33,047 bases of DNA. Source: Selaginella moellendorffii. Lineage: Eukaryota; Plantae; Lycopodiophyta. Every line of letters starts with the position of its first letter. The first letter of the stretch is position 1. Location: assembly GCF_000143415.4 (NCBI RefSeq), contig NW_003314488.1, positions 1-33,047 of the forward strand. Direction: 5' to 3'. Shown piece after piece: positions 1-11,741 of the stretch. The notes beneath the pieces are model-generated. The model made no database searches and had not been told where the DNA came from. It saw only the letters and a list, made by a program, of their open reading frames with translations. Position numbers and translations under genes: made by a program.

Positions 1-3000
1 GGTTTCTTTGCCGTGGTCATCGCGATTCGCACAAGGTAGCCGGCTCTCCACTTGAAAGCCTGGCCTCCGAGTCCCTTCTTGCTCGAGACTGTAAAACCAG
101 GCTTCCAAGTTGGGAGGAGTTCAAGCAAAGGATTCGGGAGCATTTTATCATCACGTCCGTGGGAGAGCTTCCCTTCAACAAACTCTGCGGAATGGTGTAC
201 AGATTTAAGTCCCAGACGCCCAGGAATTCAACGAGACGTGGAACATCCCGGAGGATGCTTTGATGCAACGTTACCTAGCATCGCAATGGCAACCGAAATA
301 GCTCAGCTATCTCCTCGCTCGGTCCCGATGGCATTAGCATTAAACACGGATCTCAAGTTCCACGAGTGGGAAGCTCGTCTTTCCGGCCGATGGAGGCAAG
401 GGCCACCAAAGGAGACAACGAGGGCCGGAGCCACCCAGAGTGGTATGCCAACTCCCGATCAGCGGAAGCAATGCAAGTAAAGGGAAGCGATGACCTCAAG
501 CTTGGGAAATGTTCATTGGGAAGTTTGCAAGGCGCGTAGAGGACAACCGACGTCGAAAACAAAGTTCGTGGTGATGCAATTCCACGTCTCGGACAAGGGG
601 GACCTCATTCCGTGCACTTGGGAGAATGCAAAAGATGACAAGGATATGTTAGTCCTGTAGACGGATGTACCACATTGGCCTCAGGAGCAGCGAGAAGAGG
701 AGGACGCGGGGCTTGAGGGAGAACTTTCTGTGGCGAAGGCATGCATCTCCTATCCGACCTTTATGGGAAAAGCTGCGGGTACTTGTTTCGGAGACAAAGG
801 AACGATTAGCAGGAAGCATTCGCATTAATTGACTCGGGAGTGACACCATCAACCAACATTCTCTATCTAAGCTGCAGCTCGCAGCGCGTCCACAGAAGAC
901 TCCTCTAGAGGTGGAGATAGCGGACGAGGGAGTCATCGAGGCGTCTGCCCGGGTCTCATGCTCGATGCTCATTGGTGGTCACCAAGTGAAAGGAGACTTC
1001 TTCATCCTGGAGATGGGAGCGATGGACATAGTACTCGGCATCGAAACGCTTCGCCTCTTTGGGAACGTTCTCGTCAACTTTGATGAGCATCGTCTCTCCT
1101 TCAATCGGCTGCAAGGTCCAACCAGGAGGATCAGTGCATTTGGTTAACTGAATGCTTGTACCAAGTTCCGACATCTCCAGAACCAGTCACAGGGGAGGGG
1201 GAGCCAGAGAGAACCAGGTCGTTGGAGGAAGCAGTACACCACGGAAGCCATTCGTGAGGTGGCAAGGAAGCATTCAAGGGTCTTCCTCAATCGAGTATGT
1301 GCTCATGAAGCAATCACGCACAAGATCCAACTCGAGAAAGGGATCGTCACGACTGTTCATTCAGCTGAGGCATGTGGAGCGAGCGGAGGTGGATAAGATG
1401 ATCAAGGAGCTCATGGACAATCTCTTAAAGAGGACAGTTTCAGTCCTTACACGGCACCAATAATCTTGGTGCTAAAACGTGACTGCTCGTGGAGACTGTG
1501 CGCTGATTACAGACAGCTCAACAACGTCACTCCCCATCCCACGGATTGAGGACTTAATTGATGAACTCGGTGAAGCAGCGTATTTCTCCGAGCTAGATTT
1601 GCGATCTGCATATTATCAAATATCCATGGCAGAGAAGGACAGGATCACGACAGCATTTCAGACTCACAGAGGGTTTAACCAGTTTAAGGCGAGGGCTCAC
1701 CATCCTGGCCACCTTTCAGTCTCTCATGAACAAGATCGGTCATTGTATTTTTCGACGACATCCTCGTCTACAGTCGATCCTGGGAAGAACACCTTACACA
1801 CATCGACGAGGTTTTGCAAGTGCTAGAGGATCATGCGCTGATCGTCAAACTCTCAAAATGGTGCTTTGCCAAGCAAGAAGCGAAGTACTTAGGCTTCCGG
1901 ATACGAGCGGGCCAAATGTGAGCCTATCCAACAAAAATGGAGGCGATGAGAGGTCTCTCACCACCATGAAGTAGCTCCATGCTTTTCTCAGGCTCTGCAA
2001 CTACCTCTGGAAGTCTGTGGAGCACTATGCTTCCGTTGCGTCGCCTCTGACGGACATCATTCGTGCAGGCAGGTTTTCGTGGGACGAGAACGCACAGTCA
2101 ACGTTCGAACTTTTCGGCTCGGATTCTTCAACTTCCAGATGAGAAGCAGTTCATCGTGGAGACGATGCCTCGGATGCAGGAGTGGGAGCGATCTTGAAGT
2201 TCGAGAGCAAAAGATTCTTGGAAGTGGAGTCTCGCCAGCCGGCGTATGATTGACAAAGTGGAGGCACTGCGAGGTCGCACGGATCACTTCAGTATGAAAT
2301 TTCTACTCGAGCAGCCTCGCCTTAACAAAAAGCAGAGGCAGCTTCAATCACTCGATTTCACGATTGAGTATAAGCCAGGGAAAACAAACGTCGTCCCGGA
2401 TGCGCTCTCAAGGATGTTTGAAAAGCCGGAGGTCAGTTGTCACACCAGATATCATAGAGGGCTAATCCAACGATGACCACTCGAAGGAGACAACAACTTC
2501 AGCGACGCGAAGATTTCCTTCCATGATGGCTTGCTCTAGAAGAAAGGAAGGATTCTACTCGAGTTCCGCAAGATCATCTTCACCAAGGCATTTTCGCGGG
2601 GCATCCGGGGGTCGTGTGGAAAGGAATGGAGTGTGAGATACGCACTTGGATCAGGGAGTGTCCAGAGATTGGTCTTCTCAAGCATTTACCTTCTCCATCA
2701 GCGCCAGCTCTCGTCCTCAGCTTCAAAGATGGTGGCAGAGATGTTCTGGAGGGAGGTGGTGAGGTTCCATGGCGTTCCAAGCGAAATCGTCTCCAACCGA
2801 GACACCAGGTTTCTCAGCCAGTTTTGGTCAGACGGGACGGACGATTGGAGACATTCTTGAGGGGATACGTGGCGGACCAGCTGGGCTCATGGACAAAGTG
2901 GATCACATTCGCGGAGTTTGCCTACAACACTGCTCGGCACTCAACCATCGGTATGTCTCCATACCAGGCGCTTTATGGACGTGCGGTAGCTTCCCCGATC

Positions 3001-3380
3001 TTGATGACAACTCCCACTTCATCAAACGACGTCAGTGACCAAGTGGAAGCCATCAGGAAGATGCAGCAGCTGATTGGGCAACGGTTGGAATCTCCTCGTG
3101 TAGTCACAGCTCCATCCCAGATTCTTCGGCCCACTCAGGATACTCGAAAAGATCAAGGAGCTCGCCTATAAGTTGGCATTACCACCGGGGTCGCACCTAC
3201 ATAACGTTTTCGACGTGTCGGATCTCAAGCTTTTGCGGACCAGCTCCCGGAGTTTTTTCCTGCGCCGGAGTTTGTCTCCTCCGACAGGCAGCCTATGCTG
3301 CAACCGAAAGCACACTGGGAGATACAAGGTCAGGTGGCACGGAACGGATGACGAACAGGAACGGACCAGAGCTCCTTGAA
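1..3380 (+). mobile_element. Degenerate Ty3/Gypsy (chromovirus-like) gag-pol remnant
   Basis: Motifs run in PR-RT-RH-IN-chromo order across many frameshifts. Protease LIDSG at ~825; [32 protein letters not shown] and VIVFFDDILVYS at ~1530-1770; RNase H TDHFSMKFLLEQ...FTIEYKPGKTNVVPDALSR; integrase [21 protein letters not shown] and FAEFAYNT; AYKLALPPGSHLHNVFDVSDLK; chromo-like YKVRWHG. No LTR pair could be delimited. Confidence 0.92.
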
Positions 3381-3699
3381 ACAGACCTGTTAGGACGTTA
3401 CGGAGGATTTATTACCATCTTCCTCATATCTCTTCTCTCACATCTTACCTTCTCTCCCCAGTTTAAGTAATTTAAGCACTGTCGGGATGATGGATGTCGA
3501 GTTTTGGCCTGGCACCTGGGTTAAAAATTCACTCGCTCTCGCGATCACCTTGATGATAGACTATGGAGTTACGAGGCATCAGAAGAACTTTATCAACACT
3601 CGAGATACACTAAAAAGCCTTGCCATATACAACATTGCAGATCAACTTCAAGCAAGTGATGAGGTTGATCACTTACAAGTTTTCCGTCAGTTTACTTTG

Positions 3700-4330
3700 G
3701 ATATTCCCCTACTCTAAATCTCCAGCGCCATGGATGCTTGCATCGCGACTGGGAATCCCGCGGTATTCAGCAAATCCTCACGTCCCGCTCTACTCTCGGT
3801 GAGCTGGCATTCTTGTGATTGAGCAATATTTCTCCACAGAGGCTGTGAATTTCTGGATGGCGAATTCAACTGTGTGGGACGACGATGCCGTGCCAGCTGC
3901 TCACGATATCGCCAGGTTTTGGTGTGCGGGATCCTCGTCTTTGATTTCACTCAGAAGATTTTCCTTGCTTCCAAGCCGGAGCATTGTTTCTACAAGAATC
4001 TATTCAATGACAGCAGCTGAAAGACACTGTCCGGTGAGTGTTTCCACGTTCTCTTGACATCGATTTTGCTTCAATCATTGTGGAAGTAAGTTCCATCGAA
4101 TTGGCAGATGCATGGTTTACCCCTGGTAAAGGGATTCTTGTGCTTAAATTCCTTTCTTTTTGCATAGGATCTATTAGGGCTTGAAAGGTTGGGTATGGGT
4201 AAGAGCGTTCCATTGTGGTGGTTCTTCTTACCTGTTTCAATAATTATGGCTTGGGCCATTACTTTCTATGTTTTCACCATTTACATCACTTTTTATCCTC
4301 CAAAGTGGCACTGTTCTCTATTGTCAAAGA
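3700..4330 (+). pseudogene. Possible fragments of an unidentified multi-exon host gene with a hydrophobic segment
   Basis: Short coding-like blocks end in GTGAG donors (~3799, ~4034), and there is a hydrophobic stretch VPLWWFFLPVSIIMAWAITFYVFTIYI. Family not recognised. Confidence 0.25.
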
Positions 4331-4559
4331 GACTGCAATGCACTAAACCTTGGCTACCATTGGGGTTTTACGTCAGATTACTTGGCTTATGTAACAATTG
4401 GGCCAAAGTACTCTGCGATTTGATATTGGCAGCTTGTTTGCTTCACTCACCACATATATACTTTTTTGGTTGATGCAAAAGTTTGTAAAGGATTTGCAGT
4501 ACTGTCGGAGTGCGAGGGGGCCATGGGGAAAATCCTCGCCACTTCTTCGAGTGAGCCTG

Positions 4560-5830
4560 ATATTATTGTAGTTTAAAACACAAATAAGGTGGCCAAATGC
4601 CACTGCGTTGGCGAGCCCTGTCTGAGTCTTCCAGGAATCCATTCTGGGCGTAGCACAGCAGTAGATTCGTCCATGATACGAGATCCTTGGCCGGCATTCT
4701 CCCTGGTGCGCGAGCTCCGTGATCATCGAGTTCCGTGTCACTCTGAGACGCGATCGAACATAGCCTGGCAGTCGCGGATCGGGGAGGCTGCCACATATAC
4801 GAGACAAGATCGCGGAACGCCATCCCATCAAACGTGTTCTTGGCAAGCGCAAGATGCCCGGACTGAGCATACAGTGTAATGAGCGAGTTCCAAGAGACCA
4901 CGGTGATCCGGCATGGAAACGAAGATCTTCTTCGCTTGGCCGAGATTGGAGCTCCGGATGTAGAATTGCACGACCTCGTTGCACGACACGAGATGTCGCG
5001 ATGGGGCATTCGATCGAAGAGCCGGGATGATCTAAGACCTCGGCGGCATTGGAGGGATTTCGGCGATCCATCTCTTGTATTCCACCAATCCGCCGATGAG
5101 AGAGGGCAGGCAGGCACGAAGACATCGTCTCGAGCAAACTCTCGGCCTTCCAATCTCGCGAGAGTAGTGATCCCATTGGAACGATGCCATAGTCAGCGAT
5201 CATAGGCGACCATAGACACGAACTGATCGCGGGCGATTAGGATCTTGCAAGCCGAGAGGACGGTGATGAACGAGACGAGGTCGATCCTCACTCCGCCATC
5301 GAGCGTGGTCGTGGATGGCTTCCCTGTAATGCCCTTTTTGGGCATATGTTTCCATCATCAAGTTCCAGGCAGCAAGATCTCTCGTGCGCATTGAGGCAAG
5401 AACAACTCGAGCCTCGATCACACGGCCATTGCGAGCGTAAGCGTGCATCAAACTCGTCCTGCACTGGCAATTCACTATCTCGCCCGGGATGCTGTCAAAC
5501 GACATTCCGAGAGGATCGCGTTCCAGGTGAAAACATTCCATCTCGGCATTTTGTGCTGGATCATGAGCGCGTCCTCCATTCTCCCAGCCTGGCCGAGCAT
5601 CGAGACGAGCATATCAAGTCCCTTGCGGGCATTTGCTGGTGGATCCCCCTGGACATAGGCGGCGGCAACGATGTTTCTGTGGCACGCTCTGTCAGCCCAT
5701 TCCAGGACACGAGAGTCCGGAATCCGGAAAAACATCCTCTTGACCTCTTCTACAAGGCATAGCCAAGTTCCTCGTCGCCATCGTCTCAAACCTCCACCAA
5801 ATTCCCGATTTGCACGAAAGCTCCGACAGC
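4560..5830 (-). pseudogene. PLS-class pentatricopeptide repeat (PPR) pseudogene, copy 1
   Basis: Frameshifted PPR motifs include LFDRMPHRDI, VVSWNSLITLYAQSGHLALAKNTFDGM, DLVSWTNLLLCYAQNGFLED, TSLMHAYARNGRVIEARVVL, DLAAWNLMMETYAQKGH and LVSMLGQAGRMEDA. Confidence 0.9.
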
Positions 5831-6210
5831 ACGAGATCTTTCTCGGGCTCAGTGTCGTAAAAAGCCTTAGTTATACCCATTTGCCTCATCTTGGCAAATG
5901 CTGGGATTACAGCTAGGCATTAGAAATTTACAAAGGCTTCAATGAAAAGAATACAATAAATTCCTTTTAGCATATGCCCTGCTTGGCATATCCTCTGGTC
6001 CAATACTCATCCTCAGTGCAATGTCTAAGGAATCAATGAGCGAGATTATGGATACAACATATGTTACTAACACTTGGTTTTTAACCAAAGCTGCTGAATT
6101 AAAAAATTACTAGAGCATCAGAACATTTTTATATATCAAATATGGAATTATATACTCTTCCATTATTAACTATAACCATTCCCACCGGATCAAGGGTAAA
6201 AAGTAAATAT

Positions 6211-6264
6211 TATGGCGTGCAATTCGTAAAAGGGTGAGTGTTACTATAGTAGATTTCACTCACA
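6211..6264 (+). repeat. Left terminal inverted repeat
   Basis: 26 bp perfect and 54 bp imperfect (7 mismatches) inverted match to 26860-26913. Confidence 0.95.
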
Positions 6265-6663
6265 ATACAGTGTTCATGTGGCAGTTTCTATTGGTTCGGC
6301 ATTAAATGTCATTTGGATTTGGCCGATGGGTCAATGATGTCCCTATAATATGAACAATGTGTTACACATAGATGCCACATATCATCAAGTTTGACCCCAT
6401 GACATGGGGATTCATCAGGTCATAGGGTTTAGGAGACGCTGCGGGGTGCTTTAGTGCTTTGTTATTCGGCATGTTTCTTGGTAGCAAATGTAGAAGGTAA
6501 TTTGGTTTGTTAGTGAGTGGTTTGAAATGTTTTTGTGGGCAGCGTTGGAAGTGGCTTTGATTTACTACTCGATTGTTCTCTATGGACTTTCAAGTTCCTA
6601 CCATGAGTATAGTTCCCTCCCTAGTTTACTTCAAATTTGTGTCATTGAAACTTTTTCTTCCAG

Positions 6664-8293
6664 GTTTACTAGAAGACGTGGAGGAAGATGAGGTGGATGG
6701 CCTTCCATCCAATTTTAGTGATTCGGACTGTGGTTCCAGTATAGATAGTGACAATGATGCTCTCCCAGAGGTTTGCTTAATTTCCAGCCTTCTAGATTCA
6801 TGATTTGCACGTTTCTAGGCCTTCTATAATTTTTTGCAATTGAGGGGATTCGGTAGTCCAGCTGCATTTGGCACTTGGATGCACCTGAAGATCCTCGAGA
6901 CTAAGACTACTGCTTACCTTGCATGCTATCTTAGAATTTCCAAGCCAACACTGTACAAATACATGTTGCTTGTCGATCCAAATTGGAGAGGTGTACATTA
7001 TAGAGTACCACCCGAAGAGGTACTTCATCACGTTCGAACTAATAATGCCATGAATCGAGGTGGCACAAACTGGGGGATTATCAATTTCTGATCCAGCTGT
7101 CGAACTGGAGGATACCGATTTAGCCGACGCCAAATTCATGAGGCCTTAGCCACTCACGATCCAAGTAGGCTGGAACAGAGGCACATGACAAGGATTCGAC
7201 GACGGATTTACAGGAATGAGGAGGCTTATGCACTTTGCCATATGGATTGTGAGTATTCTTTCATTTCTGCTTTTTTTTCAGCATATGTGGTAACATGTTT
7301 ATTGTAGCATATTGCAAGCTTGTAAGCTATGGTTTCTATGTACATGCCATTATTTGCAGGGCAACTCATTATATTATAGCTTGCGAGCTAGCTACCTCCA
7401 AAGAATCCCATACAATATTTAACACATATGCGTAGGCTGTTCGTCGATTTGGAAGGCCCAAGCGCATCCGGAGTGACAATGCTCCAGAGCACAATGAGGT
7501 TGAGAGGGACATGATCTGTTGTTGGGGTCCTGCAGCTAGAAGCTTCATACGTGGGACATCAACACGTAACCAGGTACTCACAGTGTTAGAGTTTTTCCAA
7601 ATAAGGACTCATAGGACTAAATCAAATTTGTTTTATAGCGCATAGAGCATTTGTGGAGAGAGCTCTTTGAGCGTGTGGTGTGGTTTTATAAGCACCTTTT
7701 TGAGTCCATGGAAGATAGGAATTCTCGATGTATCTAATCCATGGCACAACCAGAGTCTACGTTGTGTCTTTGCTCCGTACCTCAAGAAGGATATTTCACA
7801 CTGGGTTGCAACCTGGAACCTCCATGAGGTCCATCTGTATCAATGTGGTGATTACTTCAGACCATCTCATGTTCCTACAAACTTATTTCAACCGATGGAA
7901 CAAGAGCTTGGGTAACAATTTTGGTAATGTTACAGAATTCCTAATAAAATGTGCTTTTGGAGGATTATGCCGGCTGTTGGTGGAAAAGATATTGAAGACC
8001 TTCCCGGACCATTTCTCTCTAATGTCGAAGGTGCAACTTTGTCAGAGGTAATCTTTAGAGCAAGAATACAACAATTTCTTTAAATCTATTTTTTTGTGCT
8101 TGGCTACCTTATAGGCTCTTGGCACTGTTCGAAACCAGGCATTTTTGATGCATCGGGGGGACTCAACTTAGATAAGCAATATCTACTTCATTTGGATCTA
8201 ACAATGGAGTGTGTAATGGCTGATGTTGCGGGTGTAGATCTTCCACTTTACATCGAGAGTGCCTTGCTTACAGCAACACTAGTGAAGCGATGA
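6664..8293 (+). pseudogene. Spliced DDE transposase/integrase of the eukaryotic IS3/IS481-like (IS3EU-type) family, disabled
   Basis: The spliced reading gives an HTH-like YLACYLRISKPTLYKYM, then FSRRQIHEALATHDP...IRRRIYRNEEAYALCHMD|SYCKLVSYGFYVHAII...AVRRFGRPKRIRSDNAPEH...SFIRGTSTRNQ|RIEHLWRELF...WNLH. The D-D-E triad is at 7245, 7475 and 7645. Introns are 7249-7307 and 7574-7638. There are in-frame stops at 7089 and 7433 and a frameshift near 7720. The true start is uncertain and may be ~6470. Confidence 0.9.
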
Positions 8294-8519
8294 GCTTTGG
8301 AAAAATTATACTTGGCCATACTTGGAGAAAATTGAGTGTTCTTTAGTGTACATTTCAAATTTAAATTCAATTTTTGATTTGTTCAATTTTAGGGTTCCCA
8401 CGTTTGGGATTAGGGTTTTCACCAAGTCCCACCCATATTAATTGTGCCTTGGATACGGGGTGATTTCATTTTATGACATGATTTTGTCGATGGTTCGTTC
8501 GTTCTTCCAATCGATTCGT

Positions 8520-10086
8520 GTCATCTAACTGGAGGCAAGGCTTCTAGTGCACACTCCCCCGATTGCAAGACCATCGCCCAAGTGAGAGTGCCACAGCTGT
8601 GATGGTGGGTAGCTTCTCCTCGATCAAGTTTGCATAACCAATCCTTTGTGGTTTCTAGGCTCGAAGCAAGAACGCCGCACGCCTCAACAGCAGTAGACAC
8701 TATGCAGGAAACACCTCGCGAGCACGCAGCCAAGCACTCGATGTTCCGCAATCGGTACAGCCAACAGTCCCGCGAGACACATGCCAGCCACTTGATTTTC
8801 CAAGCTCCGTAGCAGGGACATCAACTCCAACAACATCCCATCCACAGCTCCCAACTGCATTTGAGCAAGCAGAGCGCTGCCTAACATTGCATACATTGCA
8901 ACATATGCGGAACCTCTAGCATGTTTCATTCTCCTCGCCTTCCTTGGAAAGTAGCAGCCCGAGCATTCGAAATGAGCAAGTCCGGACACCTCATGCCCAC
9001 GGTGTTGTCCAATCTGGAACACTGCCACCAACACCAACTAGAGGACGTGCTCACGGAATCCCATATAGTGCCATTGCTACTAGCCCCGCAACTCCACCAA
9101 CCACTACAACTCTCGCAACTCCATCTACCGGTACAAGTGCCAGTACCTGGCCATCTACCTCCCGAAGCAACAAGCGGTCTAGCTTGGTAAGTTTTTCATT
9201 TGTGCCCATTTGTTTTTTCCATGTGTTTTTCTGCGTAGGGTGAGTTCACAATGCCTCCACACCAGCGAGCTTATAGTTCCCCATCAGCATTCCACAACTA
9301 CTCCCAAAGATCGACATCATCATCTAGTGGAGCTTCGACATCCAGATATGTTCAAGCTGACCCTCAAGGCGGGCTGCCATGTGAGCCACAGGTATAACAT
9401 GACCCCATGCACTCTTCATTTTTTTCTTCTTTAGATTTGTTTAACTCATTTTTGTTTCACTGTGCTAGACTCTCTCACCGCTTGTGGCTACAGTGCACAC
9501 CTATGCCGATAACAATCGGCAGTCCTTATGTTGTCGTCGTGGACGTCGTGGCAGTCGATCCAAAGTCATTGGTGGGATGTCGTCTACGACACCCTTGGTC
9601 CCCCGGCTGTTCACCACAGTTCTTGTCACCAAGTGGATTGCAATCCCAAAGACTTGGCATGTACACTTATATGGGCGAAAAAGAGAGCCATCTGTGAAGG
9701 TGACGGAACTTGACGAGCTGGCAGTGGACCTCCCAGAGTGTCTCATATGGGGTGGCTTATACTCTAGTATTCCTTTCCAGCCCGGCACAGCCCAACATGC
9801 GATTCTACTATCACTCCAAGCCTCAGGAATCCAACCTTCATCCATGACCAACCCAGGAGCATTTGTCCGGCGTGCAAGGCAGTCCAATGGTGGTGAGGCC
9901 CATGCCGAGTCTGCAAAATTTGGCCTCAGCTCTATCCGGCCTTGCTACTGGCCTCCTCAAACATCATGGGGAGCAATAGCAAACAAGGCCAATGGCAATC
10001 GGGCAACAGTTATATATTTATACAATGTTATGGAGTATTTTACTGACAAACATTGGCTAAGTTATCAAAAGCAGGCCCGAGCACTC
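8520..10086 (+). pseudogene. 5' part of the transposon's HECT-domain gene (S/T/P-rich N-terminus plus ORF 9484 onward)
   Basis: Coding-like blocks are separated by short GT-AG introns (~8605-8658, 9187-9238). The frame ...QARAL joins EEKDVRE at 17434 when the Gypsy and one CACTC are removed. The start is uncertain and frameshifts are present. Confidence 0.6.
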
Positions 10087-11741
10087 TGTAAGCGACTAAA
10101 TTTTCCATTCTACTTTAGTCACTTAACCACACCTCCAACCACTTGGAGGAGTCTCATTTGCAACCTCCATATGTCCAATTCAAGACTTGGGGCTTGCTAG
10201 CCCCGAGAATGGCATCCATGCCACTCAACCTTTGCACTTGGTCCAAGTGCTTCACGTGTCCAATCCCATGACCGACACCCCAAGGCACCACCGATATACG
10301 AGCCCGTTACGCTAGGCCACGCTCATTCACCTTGGTCACATCGGTGGTCTAACACCACCTGCATTGCAATCCCATCTCTCCAAGACTGGGCCATCCGTCC
10401 ATGAGTGATCATCCCAGATCCACTCCTTAGCATCCTTAGGATGCCCACTGACAAGGGGAATAGCCTTCCCCAATATCCCTCTGTCAGTCCCCACTAAGTC
10501 CCTTTTGCCCTGGCCGTGTTGCCAACACTGCCACTGGATCGGGCCATGGCCGACATAGTCCCACGGTCCTCTGGGACTTCCTCACCACACGACTGTGTCC
10601 TTGGTCACTACCCCAGAGGATTGCTTCTCTTCCTTTCCACAGTTTGGGCCTTTGGGACAACATTTTGGAACACCGTGGCCTTACGCGAGCCACCTGGGTA
10701 CTCTCCCTGCCTTCCGCCCTTGGGTGCTCTAGCCATAGGCTTAGAGCAAGGTTCCGTTGAGCCACGCCTGGTATCCAAGTAGGTAGTGCCACCCACACTT
10801 GGATTGGGAGCATCGGCCAGTCGATCTCCCGGGGGAACTAGAGCCGGCTCTTGAACACTTCACCAAGCTACCCCGCTTGTCGGTCCATATTCACTCTAGT
10901 CTTGGACTTCCCAGTGGTCAGTTCATCACCCAACACTGGGTCTGGCCTTCCTGGGCCAAACTGGCCTTTCCTGGCCAAACTAGCTCCACTGCAGTCCTCC
11001 CCCTTACTATACTTTTGGAGCTCACCAAACCCCCCAGCGTCTGGGAGATGAATGCTTTGGGCTTTCACCCTCTTAGACTCGAACTCAGACTCGGACTTGG
11101 ACTCGGACTCGGACTCGGACTCGGGCTCGGTCTCGGCCTCCGCCTTAGTGTCGGTCTCAGTCCCGGTCTCGGTCTCGACCTCGGACTCCACCTCAAGTCC
11201 ATCTCGGACTCCATCTCGGACTCCGTCTCGGTCCATCTCGGACTCCATGTCGGACTCCACTTCGGACTCATCTCGGACTCCATCTCGGACTCCACCTCGG
11301 ACTCCGTCTCGGTCCATCTCGGACTCCACCTCGGACTCCACCTCGGACTCCATCTCGGACTCCGTCTCGGTCCATCTCGAACTCCACCTCGGACTCCACC
11401 TCGGACTCCATCTCGGACTCCGTCTCGGTCCATCTCGGACTCCATCTCGGACTCCATCTCGGACTCCATCTCGGACTCCGTCTCGGTCCATCTCGGACTC
11501 CATCTCGGACTCTTCCATGTGTCATGTGTTGGTCCTTTTGGGTCCCTTTTTGGAGCCTTGCTTATTGCTCGCTTCGTGCTTGTTCCTCAAGCACTTTGTT
11601 GGGAGTTCCACTCCCGCTCTCGACCTTTCAAGTCGGAGCTTTTAGTCCAAACGTGTTACGCTCATTTGGCTTTCGCTTCGGCCACTACCACGTGGCACCC
11701 TTCTGGCTCCACTTTGGGGCCTAGGGATTTTGTGTCTCACA
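10087..11741 (-). repeat. 3' LTR of Gypsy element (1655 bp)
   Basis: Direct repeat of 15816-17428, adjacent to the PPT. Confidence 0.95.
11073..11512. repeat. Tandem array of CTCGGA / CTCCATCTCGGA / CTCCGTCTCGGTCCAT units in the 3' LTR
   Basis: Hexamer-based low-complexity array, directly visible. Confidence 0.97.

Noticed and set aside
3390-3520. 3' LTR of the left Gypsy remnant starting TGTTAGG
   Set aside because: No clear PPT and no second copy in the window, so it cannot be delimited.
4373-5203. 276 aa ORF as an intact gene
   Set aside because: It is mostly off-frame relative to the PPR motifs, which switch among frames.
6664-8293. Integrase as part of an LTR retrotransposon or a bacterial IS contaminant
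   Set aside because: It has spliceosomal introns, no linked RT, RNase H or LTRs, and sits next to a TIR.
11073-11512. CRISPR-like array
   Set aside because: No unique spacers and no cas genes. It is a simple tandem repeat in a eukaryotic LTR.
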